Positions 9,618 to 17,703 of a DNA stretch of 50,993 nucleotides are shown here, in pieces. The stretch is taken from NCBI GenBank assembly GCA_017992505.1, contig JAGOON010000002.1, forward strand, positions 1-50,993. The letters are read 5' to 3'. Made by a program: the position numbers and the translations under genes. The notes beneath the pieces were generated by a model. The model worked only from the letters and a program-made list of their open reading frames with translations. It had not been told where the DNA came from and ran no database searches. Origin of the DNA: Minisyncoccota bacterium (GTDB lineage: Bacteria > Patescibacteriota > Minisyncoccia > Phycocordibacterales > UBA918). Numbering within the stretch: the stretch's first letter is position 1; each line of letters begins with the position of its first letter.

Positions 9618-10469
9618 CTATGAGAGGAAAGTAAATGGGAGTTTGGAAAAATCGCTGACGCGTATACTTGCAGCGTGCTTGTGCCCACCGCCACCGTATT
9701 TTTGTGCTATTACTGAAACATCGACATCACCTTCGCTACGAAGGGAAATATTCACTCCGCCGAGGTTGCGGTAGTACACAATACCAAGTGCAGTGCCAAA
9801 ATCTTGCTCGCTTAATTTTGCTAGGTGGTGTCCAAGGATTGATCGATATGTACGAGAAACATTGAGTACATAGACAGTGTGTCCTTCAAACTGTACCGGT
9901 TCTTTATATGAAAGAAGGTTTTGTACGAGTTTGTCTTCAAAGGTAGCGATGGTGGCACCAGTTTTAATAAACTCCGTATAGAAAGTTTTGTTTTTGAGTT
10001 TTTCAATCAGATTATCCCAACTTTGAAATGTCATCGCGTATTGTCCGAGAGCAGCGTTAAACTCACGGTTGTTTTCGAGCGCAAATTTCCAGATGTCGTG
10101 ATCTTCGACATACTCCAAGAGGGGAGGAGTGGTGGTGCCAGGATGAAAATATCGCCATGCCAAAACAGCACCCGAGTGTTCCATATCAAAAATATTTTCA
10201 GGGAAGGCAGTAACGGCGTCTTTTGCAGAGAGGTGATGGTCAATTACGACAACAGACTTGTTTTCGGCTTTAAGTTTTGTGAGGGTGTCGAAGTCGAAAC
10301 TGAAGTCGACGATGTACAGTTCCTTATCAACTATGACTGGCGCGTCAGCGCCAGCCTTCAGTGGTACATAGCTCGCGCTATCGCCAAACTTTTTCCATGC
10401 CGCATACGCTGCACCATGTCCGTCACTACATTGGTCGTGATAGATAACAATAATATCTTTAAGTTCCAT
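9618..10469 (-). CDS. DHH/DHHA1 family phosphoesterase
   Basis: 283 aa with DHH motifs (HDQCSDGHGAA, DHH) and the DHHA1 motif GGGGH near the C-terminus. Confidence 0.8.
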   Translation of the reverse strand: MELKDIIVIYHDQCSDGHGAAYAAWKKFGDSASYVPLKAGADAPVIVDKELYIVDFSFDFDTLTKLKAENKSVVVIDHHLSAKDAVTAFPENIFDMEHSGAVLAWRYFHPGTTTPPLLEYVEDHDIWKFALENNREFNAALGQYAMTFQSWDNLIEKLKNKTFYTEFIKTGATIATFEDKLVQNLLSYKEPVQFEGHTVYVLNVSRTYRSILGHHLAKLSEQDFGTALGIVYYRNLGGVNISLRSEGDVDVSVIAQKYGGGGHKHAASIRVSDFSKLPFTFLS

Positions 10470-10498
10470 AGTATGAGGATTTTAGCAGGTTTTATAAG

Positions 10499-10598
10499 GG
10501 TGGTCACGAACCGTTGATATCTCTAAAGTAGGTTACTAAGTTTGGTGGTCACGAGTTACTAAGTATAATCATTCGCTACGCTCTGATTCTACTAAGTA
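10499..10598. repeat. Cluster of GGTCACGA words and three (T/C)ACTAAGT(A) mini-palindromes
   Basis: ggtggtcacga occurs at about 10499 and 10545. ttactaagt is at 10533-10541 and 10556-10564, and ctactaagt at 10589-10597. The same words in the same order recur at 40036-40119. Confidence 0.7.
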
Positions 10599-10607
10599 CT
10601 CTCGAAT

Positions 10608-10703
10608 CTTACAGATTCTGTCCACTCATTGGATACTTTCTCGTTACACTCAAAAGTCATCTCAATGAGTCTTGCGAAATGGGTCCCATCCCATTTCTCA
10701 CCC
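10608..10703. repeat. Two-hairpin repeat module, copy 1
   Basis: cttacaga..ctgtccactcattgg - variable loop - ctcaatgagtcttgcgaaatgggtcccatcccatttctcaccc. Stems are actcattg/caatgagt and gaaatggg/cccatttc. Second copy at 17196-17295. Confidence 0.75.
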
Positions 10704-10767
10704 GTCTCGCAGTTCGTTGCGGCGGGCTAAGGCCGCAACTCACATTGCTCCGACTCGCACTTGAGCC

Positions 10768-10789
10768 GAAAGCAACGCAGGTTGCTTTC
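10768..10789. repeat. Conserved 22-nt hairpin, copy 1 of 5
   Basis: gaaagcaa-cgcagg-ttgctttc. Family consensus is G[CA]AAGCAA..GCAG..TT[GA]CTT[GT]C. Confidence 0.8.
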
Positions 10790-10790
10790 T

Positions 10791-10830
10791 AAACAAATGA
10801 CACTGGTCTCAAGACCAGTGTCATTTGTTT
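10791..10830. terminator. Intrinsic terminator directly 3' of tRNA-Val
   Basis: Perfect 18-bp palindrome aaacaaatgacactggtc-tcaa-gaccagtgtcatttgttt. Confidence 0.85.
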
Positions 10831-10837
10831 ACTCAAG

Positions 10838-10909
10838 TGCGCGATGGAAGGATTGAACTTCCGGCCTCTTCAATGTCAATGAAGCGCTCTACCACTGAGC
10901 TAATCGCGC
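10838..10909 (-). tRNA. tRNA-Val(GAC)
   Basis: 72 nt: GCGCGATTAGCTCAGTGGTAGAGCGCTTCATTGACATTGAAGAGGCCGGAAGTTCAATCCTTCCATCGCGCA. No CCA. Confidence 0.95.
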
Positions 10910-11090
10910 ATTTGCCCGCGCCACAGGTCAGCTTTAATGAAGGTGGTGAATCAGTCTGAGGGAATTGATTCAACGCGACCATTCGCTATCCGCGCAAGTG
11001 CATGAAAATATAGCACACCCTAGAATAGCTTGACAAATTGTCATAATAGTGTATTATATTAATTCCTGTGGTCGGCAAGAAAGCATCCTA

Positions 11091-11351
11091 ATGGTTCTTG
11101 ATGTAAAAGTGCAGGAACAGATGATTCATGCTAGGTTAGCCTATTATGAATCGGTCATTCCGAAACGTGACGTATCTTATGGATCCCATAAGATACGAAA
11201 AATTATTCCCCGGCTCCGTAGAGCATTGCAAAAGATTTCAGAAGGAAGTTACGGTATCTGTGATGATTGTTACGAAGAAATTCCTCTTCCGCGACTTCAG
11301 TCGATACCAGGGGCAACCCAGTGTGTAAACTGCAAAGCGGCGGAAGAGTAA
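11091..11351 (+). CDS. DksA/TraR-family C4 zinc-finger protein
   Basis: The C-terminal CDDC...x17...CVNC motif is typical of the TraR/DksA zinc finger. Start taken at the ATG at 11091 rather than the GTG at 11049. Confidence 0.75.
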   Translation: MVLDVKVQEQMIHARLAYYESVIPKRDVSYGSHKIRKIIPRLRRALQKISEGSYGICDDCYEEIPLPRLQSIPGATQCVNCKAAEE

Positions 11352-11383
11352 GAGGTTGAAAGTAACACTTTCAACCTCTTTTT
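11351..11383. terminator. Bidirectional intrinsic terminator
   Basis: agaggttgaaagt-aac-actttcaacctct followed by ttttt, lying between convergent genes. Confidence 0.85.
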
Positions 11384-12059
11384 AATGGATACGTTCGGAT
11401 GTTATTTCTTTAACAAAAGTCCGATGTATCATTACGGGATTAACTTTAAGACCACGTTCTTTCATTTCTAAGTATTCGTCAACTCGAGATACTTCATCGT
11501 CAGTTAGTTCATTTTCAGAAAGAAAATGTCCAGGTACCCTAAGGCTCACAAACTGAATCGCGTCAGGGTTGATGGTTCCTTTGAATGATCGAACTTTGTC
11601 TCGTTCCAATCCATGGAAATTTACGGTGGCATCAGCAAGTTGTTCAATATCGTCTTGTGGAGTTGTTTCAAAACCAATAATGGTCACAACGTTATTGAGA
11701 TTAGTCATTCCTTCTAGGTAGGCGTTGGCAATACCCCTTGATCCATCGGTGTGTGGATTCCATTCTGCGCAATTTGAATAGCGAGTACCCTCAAATGCGA
11801 TCTCGTAACTCTCATTGTTAAGTAACTGCAAAACCTTTCGAGGATCTTCTCGTCGAACAATAAATCTATTACCTTCGAGTTCTTTGTATGCTTCTGCTGG
11901 ATTCGTGTATTTGTCAAAACCGTTGGCTTCTAGTAGATCCTCAAAAAAAGAAAATGTCTCGGCGGTAATATTGAATGACTCAGGGGTGTGTCCATTGTTA
12001 AATTCGGGCAATATATTCGCTATCTTTTCGGTGAATGGTGTTTGTCTTGGTTGCTCCAT
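11382..12059 (-). CDS. Hypothetical protein (225 aa, soluble)
   Basis: Long ORF with no overlap to other genes. No TM segment and no motif I recognise. Confidence 0.6.
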   Translation of the reverse strand: MEQPRQTPFTEKIANILPEFNNGHTPESFNITAETFSFFEDLLEANGFDKYTNPAEAYKELEGNRFIVRREDPRKVLQLLNNESYEIAFEGTRYSNCAEWNPHTDGSRGIANAYLEGMTNLNNVVTIIGFETTPQDDIEQLADATVNFHGLERDKVRSFKGTINPDAIQFVSLRVPGHFLSENELTDDEVSRVDEYLEMKERGLKVNPVMIHRTFVKEITSERIH

Positions 12060-12112
12060 GGTCCATACAGTATATCGTAAGAGTAGTATACTGAAACCGT
12101 CAGCATTAAAAT

Positions 12113-13876
12113 ATGTTTAAAAACCAAGAAAAGCAGGCTCAAATACCCCAAACTCCATTTAAATTCTTGGTGTATATCTCAAAACCATACAAATGGAAGG
12201 CCCTTTTAGCAGCATCTATCGTGGTTGTGGCGGCGGTGCTTGGCCAGTCTATTAATCTCATTTTTAAGTGGATTGTTGAGGCTGTAGAAAAAGGTGACGC
12301 GAGTTCTGCGATTGCACTGGGGCTTTTGTATCCACTCGTTTCATTCATCATCCAACTCATGTGGCGAGCGAGTGGGGTTGTGGGTGTGATTTGGATTGCC
12401 AGTGCGATGAAGCGTGCCAACGACGAGCTTTTTGCCATGGCACTGAACCATAGCCACTCATACTTCAGTAATCGTTTTGCTGGTTCGCTACTTAATAAGG
12501 TTGGTAATGTAGTCGGCGCAATCGACAACGTGATTTCTGACCTACTCTGGTCATATCTCTCAACCTCTATTTCGCTCGCAGTGACATTCTTCTTTATTTA
12601 TCGTGTCGACAAATTGTCCGCGCTGATTTTCTTTGGTCTGATAGTGAGCTTGATCATGCTCAATCGTGCGATGATGAGTCAAAAGCAAGAACTCTCTAAA
12701 CAAACCGCAGCCTCATCTTCAAAATTGCGTGGAGCGATTGTTGATGTATTTACTAATGTCAGCGCAGTACGGCAGTTTTCGAGACAGATTCATGAACAGG
12801 AAAGACAAGAGGTGCTGAGTACTGACTGGAAAGACTTTCGGAAAAAGAATTGGCTTTTTTCAGAGATGACTCTAGCCCTCAACTCACTGGTCCTCTTTGT
12901 GTTTGCAAGCGGAATGTTTTATGTACTTGTTAATCGCTGGCAAGAAGGGGCAATCTCCACGGCAGACTTCGTATTTATCCTGGCACTTATGTCACAACTT
13001 GTCGGTACGCTTATCTTTATTGGTCGGGTAATGACCAATTACGCACGAATTGTGGGAGAGCTCGAAGAGGGACTTGAAGAAATTGTAGTGCCATATGAGA
13101 TTGTTGATGTACTCTCGGCAGCACCACTTGTAGTTACCAGGGGGGCGATTGATTGGAATAGTGTAGGATTTGAATTTGGTGAAAATAAAGTCTTTAAGAA
13201 TTTTAATCTCACCATTAAAGCTGGTGAACGAGTGGGTCTTGTTGGACACAGTGGTGCTGGCAAGACAACCTTTGTGTCGTTACTGCTTCGTCAGCATGAT
13301 GTCACTGGTGGATGTATCGAGATTGATGGACAGGATATCGCTTGTGTTACACAGGATTCGCTCCGTATGAACATCGCTGTGGTACCCCAAGAACCACTCT
13401 TGTTTCACCGCACGATTCGCGAAAATATCGCCTACGGAAAAGACGATGCTACAGAAGCAGAAGTTATTGAGGTGGCAAAAAAGGCCAAGGCGCATGACTT
13501 TATCATTAAGCTCGAACATGGCTACGATACACTTGTTGGTGAACGAGGGATTAAGCTCTCAGGTGGACAGAAACAGCGTGTCGCCATTGCGCGCGCAATG
13601 CTTAAGGACGCTCCGATTCTGGTCCTCGACGAAGCCACCTCGGCGCTTGATAGTGAGAGTGAAGTAGCGATTCAGACCGCACTCCATGAGCTTATGGTTG
13701 GGAAGACGGTGGTCGCTATTGCACACCGACTCTCGACACTTCGTGAGATGGATAGAATCATTGTGCTTGAGAATGGTGCGATTATTGAAGATGGTACTCA
13801 TGAGTCGCTCAAAGAGGCAGGTGGTGTGTATCAACGCCTCTGGGAACATCAGGCTGGGGGATTCTTGGTGGAATAA
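12113..13876 (+). CDS. ABC exporter, fused permease/ATPase (MsbA/ABCB type)
   Basis: 587 aa. Six-helix TMD followed by an NBD with Walker A (GHSGAGKTT), signature (LSGGQKQR) and Walker B (ILVLDEATS). Confidence 0.9.
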   Translation: MFKNQEKQAQIPQTPFKFLVYISKPYKWKALLAASIVVVAAVLGQSINLIFKWIVEAVEKGDASSAIALGLLYPLVSFIIQLMWRASGVVGVIWIASAMKRANDELFAMALNHSHSYFSNRFAGSLLNKVGNVVGAIDNVISDLLWSYLSTSISLAVTFFFIYRVDKLSALIFFGLIVSLIMLNRAMMSQKQELSKQTAASSSKLRGAIVDVFTNVSAVRQFSRQIHEQERQEVLSTDWKDFRKKNWLFSEMTLALNSLVLFVFASGMFYVLVNRWQEGAISTADFVFILALMSQLVGTLIFIGRVMTNYARIVGELEEGLEEIVVPYEIVDVLSAAPLVVTRGAIDWNSVGFEFGENKVFKNFNLTIKAGERVGLVGHSGAGKTTFVSLLLRQHDVTGGCIEIDGQDIACVTQDSLRMNIAVVPQEPLLFHRTIRENIAYGKDDATEAEVIEVAKKAKAHDFIIKLEHGYDTLVGERGIKLSGGQKQRVAIARAMLKDAPILVLDEATSALDSESEVAIQTALHELMVGKTVVAIAHRLSTLREMDRIIVLENGAIIEDGTHESLKEAGGVYQRLWEHQAGGFLVE

Positions 13877-13889
13877 AAGAAAGATAAAA

Positions 13890-13917
13890 GCGGGCACCTC
13901 TGGGGGTGCCTGTTTTT
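13890..13917 (+). terminator. Intrinsic terminator after the ABC exporter gene
   Basis: Stem ggcacc / ggtgcc followed by tgttttt. Confidence 0.6.
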
Positions 13918-13973
13918 AATAACCTTTTCTTCTTATTTCGAGTATTATTAAGTATATTCACTAACAGCTTCGT

Positions 13974-15788
13974 ATGTGCGGAATCTTTGGTTATGTTGGG
14001 ACGAGAACAGCAACCCCTATATTACTCGATGGTCTCCGTACGCTTGAGTATCGTGGCTACGACTCAGCTGGTATTTTTATTCCAGGACAAGGAGTAGTCA
14101 AAGCAGTCGGTCCGATTGACGAGCTTTCAAAGAAAATTGTCGGAGTCATTCCAGGTACCACGGGTATTGCACACACTCGCTGGGCTACTCACGGCGCACC
14201 AACCGAGAAGAACGCACATCCACATCTGGACATGAGCGGTACGGTCGCGGTCGTTCATAACGGCATTATCGAAAACTATCGAGAGCTTAAAGAAGGGCTC
14301 ACTATGCGAGGAATAACTTTCGAATCTGATACCGACACGGAAGTCCTCGCCAAGCTTATCGGTAGTCTCTATACTGGCGATCTCATCACTGCTGTCCGTC
14401 AGGCATTGCAGATGGTGCGTGGTACTTATGGTCTTGCGGTAGCGTGTAATCATCAACCTAATCAGATAGTGGTTGCGCGTATGGGGAGTCCGATTGTGCT
14501 CGGCTTAGCCGCGGACGGCAACTTCGTCTCCTCAGATCCGTCAGCACTGCTTATTCATACCAAAGACGTGGTGTTTCTCGAAGACGGTGATTGTGCGGTA
14601 CTCAAAAAAGATTCATACAAAATTATTACTGTACGTGGTGAAGCAAAAGAACGTGCTTCAGAAGTGGTTGAGTGGGATGTCGAAGCTGTCAAAAAACAGG
14701 GATATGAGCACTTTATGCTCAAAGAAATCTACGAGGCACCACAAGTCATCGAAAATACCATCCGCGGGCGTCTCCAGGTAGACAAGGGTCGCGCCAAACT
14801 CGGCGGACTTGAGACAGTCCTCGAACAGCTCGCTTCCCTGGATAGATTGATGATTGTGGGGTGTGGTTCTGCGTACTACGCTGGGCAGGTGGGACGGTAC
14901 ATGCTTGAAGAGTATGCCAATTTGCCAGTAGAAATTGAGCTTGGTAGTGAGTACCGATACAAGCGCAATCTTCCCGTTAAAAACAGCGCCGTCCTTGCCG
15001 TCACACAGTCAGGTGAAACCGCCGATACGCTTGCCTCAATTCGTATGGCTAAGCGCGACGGCCTGCTGACACTAAGTATTGTGAATGTTGTTGGTTCGAC
15101 CATTGCTCGTGAAAGTAATGCTGGTATATACAATCATGCAGGTCCAGAGGTCGCTGTTGCCTCTACCAAAGCCTTCATTTCTCAACTCACAGTGTTTGTG
15201 CTCCTCACCCTCCTTGTCGGACGTGAGCGGGGTATGACAGCAGAAGAGGGTGAACAGATAGCAAAAGAACTCAGCGAACTACCAAAGATTATTGAGAGGT
15301 ATCTTGTTGATACGGAAGCAATAAAAAAAGCGGCGGAAAAATATGCAAAGTATCGTGACGCCATGTACATCGGTCGCAAGTTTCACACACCAATTGCCTA
15401 CGAAGGCTCACTCAAATTAAAAGAAGTGACCTACATTCACTCCGAAGCATATGCAGGTGGGGAATTAAAACATGGTTCAATTGCGATGCTCGATGATCAA
15501 TTCCCAATCATTGCGCTCGCGCCACAAGATGATGTCTATGAAAAAATGGTTTCAAATATTGAAGAAGCACGTGCGCGAAAAGCACCTGTTCTCATGATCA
15601 CAACCGAGGGTAACTACAAAGCCACTGATATTGCAGACGACGTACTCTTCATACCCAAGGTACATCCTATCCTTCAGCCAATTGTCTCGACAATACCGCT
15701 CCAACTCCTCGCGTACTACATTGGTGTCGCCAAAGGCCTCAATGTCGACAGGCCAAGGAATTTGGCAAAGTCGGTGACTGTCGAGTGA
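13974..15788 (+). CDS. glmS: Glutamine--fructose-6-phosphate aminotransferase
   Basis: 604 aa. N-terminal MCGIFGY (Ntn Cys), two SIS domains, and the C-terminal ...AKSVTVE typical of GlmS. Confidence 0.95.
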   Translation: MCGIFGYVGTRTATPILLDGLRTLEYRGYDSAGIFIPGQGVVKAVGPIDELSKKIVGVIPGTTGIAHTRWATHGAPTEKNAHPHLDMSGTVAVVHNGIIENYRELKEGLTMRGITFESDTDTEVLAKLIGSLYTGDLITAVRQALQMVRGTYGLAVACNHQPNQIVVARMGSPIVLGLAADGNFVSSDPSALLIHTKDVVFLEDGDCAVLKKDSYKIITVRGEAKERASEVVEWDVEAVKKQGYEHFMLKEIYEAPQVIENTIRGRLQVDKGRAKLGGLETVLEQLASLDRLMIVGCGSAYYAGQVGRYMLEEYANLPVEIELGSEYRYKRNLPVKNSAVLAVTQSGETADTLASIRMAKRDGLLTLSIVNVVGSTIARESNAGIYNHAGPEVAVASTKAFISQLTVFVLLTLLVGRERGMTAEEGEQIAKELSELPKIIERYLVDTEAIKKAAEKYAKYRDAMYIGRKFHTPIAYEGSLKLKEVTYIHSEAYAGGELKHGSIAMLDDQFPIIALAPQDDVYEKMVSNIEEARARKAPVLMITTEGNYKATDIADDVLFIPKVHPILQPIVSTIPLQLLAYYIGVAKGLNVDRPRNLAKSVTVE

Positions 15789-15830
15789 GCGAAGACAGAA
15801 AGCTTGCTTACCATGGAGTGAGTTAAAAGA

Positions 15831-15859
15831 AAGAACGACTCGCCAAGCGAGCCGTTCTT
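15831..15859. terminator. Bidirectional terminator hairpin
   Basis: aagaacgactcgc-caa-gcgagccgttctt lying between convergent genes. Confidence 0.65.
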
Positions 15860-16147
15860 TTAAATTCTCCTATCAATAAACTCGTTTATTTCGGTAGCTC
15901 GTAGCAGACGTTGCTCTCGTGATAAGAGTCCTCGATCTTTAATGTACCGACTGAACTGTTGCATCATTATCCGAGCCTCTTCGAGATCAGTAATAGCAGA
16001 AAGAGCATTTTCCATTGGAATTGCTTCGGCGGAATTAAAAATATCGTTCTCGATAATGAGCTGATCCTCAGTATCCATTTTTCTAAAAAAGTTCTCGAGT
16101 GGACTTGGCTCTTTCATTTCAAATGATTTGTGATTCTCAACTGACAT
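15860..16147 (-). CDS. Hypothetical acidic protein (95 aa)
   Basis: ORF with TACAAT-N8-ATG upstream and a terminator downstream. No recognisable domain. Confidence 0.5.
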   Translation of the reverse strand: MSVENHKSFEMKEPSPLENFFRKMDTEDQLIIENDIFNSAEAIPMENALSAITDLEEARIMMQQFSRYIKDRGLLSREQRLLRATEINEFIDRRI

Positions 16148-16155
16148 ATAGGAAT

Positions 16156-16161
16156 ATTGTA
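16156..16161 (-). promoter_or_regulatory. -10-like TACAAT, 8 nt upstream of the ATG at 16147
   Basis: Minus strand reads TACAAT-attcctat-ATG. Confidence 0.35.
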
Positions 16162-16200
16162 CACGATGCGGTGAGCGAAATTCACAGAATTTTCATAAGA

Positions 16201-16234
16201 AAAGGACTGGTGCGCGTAGTGCACCAGTCCTTTT
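16201..16234. terminator. Intrinsic terminator hairpin
   Basis: aaaggactggtgc-gcgtagt-gcaccagtcctttt. Confidence 0.75.
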
Positions 16235-16250
16235 CTTTCCTCTGTTATTC

Positions 16251-16470
16251 TACGGGGAATCGGTCAGGAGTCGATTATTTTTATATTCGCTTCACTCGTA
16301 AAAAATATATCGCTCACGACCCTTGCTCGCGATCTCGCTTTGCTCGACAGCGCTCCGCCTTTCGATTCCCCGACGCAAGCAAAGCAGTTTACTTGCTTAG
16401 GATCACAGTTATTTTCAATAATAAAAGCGCCCTGACGGACGCTTTTATTAAGAAAATATTCTGTGATCCT
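16251..16470. repeat. 220-bp direct repeat, copy A (orphan copy of the tRNA-Glu trailer)
   Basis: Aligns with 18012-18230 with about 9 differences including one 1-nt indel. It includes conserved hairpin copy 2 (16375-16396, one stem mismatch), a terminator (16420-16449), and the last 7 nt of the tRNA-Glu 3' end (16464-16470). No intact tRNA follows. Confidence 0.9.
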
Positions 16471-16578
16471 TTGTGGTGCGAATTGGAACCAGATTGTAAA
16501 GCAAATATACTATTTAGCATTAAACACATAAGCCCCAGACTAAATTGTCTGGGGCACGGCGAAGAGCTTTTTTCTTAT

Positions 16579-16983
16579 TCAATTTTCTTCTGCAATCACT
16601 TCTGGAGCAACTGGCTCAATGATGGAACTACCTTGATTGCGGAAATTCAGTCTATCGAACGGCCAATCAATCTCGAAGTCAACCTTGTCGGGGACGACAA
16701 CATTCGGATACTTTTCCTTGAGCCGAGCTATAGCTGATGACAAGTCTTTTTTTTCATTAAACCAAATAACGGCATTCATGCCTTCATCACATATAACAGG
16801 CCATTGCGCCATTACACCACTATCTTCTGGTGTCTTGGTGACATGAATAGCATATTTTGCTGCGATATAGAGAGGGCGACATCCTTGAGTAATGAGATCT
16901 TGATCCTTTGAATTCTTCAGCAAGGCAAAGGCCGTATCGTATATATAAAGATACAGTTCTGGACGTTTTGGTTTTCTGAACAT
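16579..16983 (-). CDS. Hypothetical protein (134 aa)
   Basis: Clean ORF inside the repeat-bracketed insert, with hairpin 16531-16556 downstream. No recognisable domain. Confidence 0.5.
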   Translation of the reverse strand: MFRKPKRPELYLYIYDTAFALLKNSKDQDLITQGCRPLYIAAKYAIHVTKTPEDSGVMAQWPVICDEGMNAVIWFNEKKDLSSAIARLKEKYPNVVVPDKVDFEIDWPFDRLNFRNQGSSIIEPVAPEVIAEEN

Positions 16984-17195
16984 TTCACGTACTCCTTCTG
17001 ATTTGAAGACTACTTAAAATTCTCTACAAATGCAAGAGATATAAAAAGTCCGAAATAAATTCGGACTCTTCTTTTAAACTCGTGACTCTATGGGGAGTAT
17101 CGGTCGTTACATGACCAGTATCCGTTGTCGCTAGATTATTTCTTTGCAGTCATAATCTAGCTGGCAACAGCTTCGATTTCCACGTGAACAGTCTT

Positions 17196-17295
17196 CTTAC
17201 AGAAGCTGTCCACTCATTGGCTAGTTCGTTTCGCTTACAGCTCACAAACCAGCTCAATGAGTCTTGCGAAATGGATCCCTTCCCATTTCTCACCC
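17196..17295. repeat. Two-hairpin repeat module, copy 2
   Basis: cttacagaagctgtccactcattgg...ctcaatgagtcttgcgaaatggatcccttcccatttctcaccc. The flanks are nearly identical to copy 1 (10608-10703) and the central loop differs. Confidence 0.75.
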
Positions 17296-17313
17296 AGACT
17301 GTTTACTCGTAGA

Positions 17314-17366
17314 ATCACGAACAAAAAGAGCGCCACTTGCGTGACGCTTCTTTTTATACTCGTGAT
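17314..17366. terminator. Terminator hairpin with outer stem (tRNA-trailer-like design, no tRNA attached)
   Basis: Outer stem atcacga/tcgtgat around the inner hairpin aaaaagagcgccac-ttgc-gtgacgcttcttttt. The right arm ctcgtgatcc resembles the tRNA-Glu-proximal arm ctgtgatcct. Confidence 0.5.
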
Positions 17367-17520
17367 CCATCTCGGATTGAAGATTGAACTTTGATACTGT
17401 CTTGATGAGTTGTCTCAGGAGTATGTGGAGCTGAAGACTCCTGAGACATTAAAACGGCCCACCTAGATTTTACTGGCGGACCGTCTTTGAGTTCAGAGAA
17501 CTAATTATGCGAGAGACCTC

Positions 17521-17700
17521 TTAGACTCTGCGCGAATACCAGTCCTTAGGCAGATCCCACCAGTCTTCGACCAGTGGACTTTGATGTGTTGAAGTTGGTT
17601 TACCCTTATTGGGCGTGGTGACCTTGGGCGTCAGCGCAAACAGCACGATTGGAAACCCGATTGCGTAGAGGCATAGTGCCAAAAATCCTAGAAGTGGCAT
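17521..17700 (-). CDS. Possible small membrane protein (59 aa)
   Basis: ATG at 17700 lies 3 nt after the stop of the upstream ORF and is preceded by AGGAG. Sequence MPLLGFLALCLYAIGFPIVLFAL... has one TM helix. Below the ORF-track cutoff. Confidence 0.4.
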   Translation of the reverse strand: MPLLGFLALCLYAIGFPIVLFALTPKVTTPNKGKPTSTHQSPLVEDWWDLPKDWYSRRV

Positions 17701-17703
17701 AGC

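Noticed and set aside
16471-16505. Possible tRNA-Glu remnant following repeat copy A (gaattggaaccagatt vs gaatcgaaccccgatt)
   Set aside because: Only about 12 of 16 positions match after an offset, which is too weak to distinguish from chance.
16099-16737. Track ORFs 16099-16737, 17946-18269 and 40343-40549 share peptide segments (…RSRFARQRSAFRFPDASKAV.LLRIT…; ASKAVCLL), which could suggest a repeated small protein
   Set aside because: The shared peptides are read straight through the non-coding direct repeat, the conserved 22-nt hairpin and terminators. The frames start inside other features, and the ORFs overlap the tRNA-Glu and tRNA trailers. The DNA repeat explains them better.
17360-17450. 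Possible decayed tRNA to the right of the orphan trailer unit (ggattgaagattgaac...)
   Set aside because: No T-arm or acceptor pairing can be drawn. The only strong structure is a 12-bp hairpin (17411-17447).
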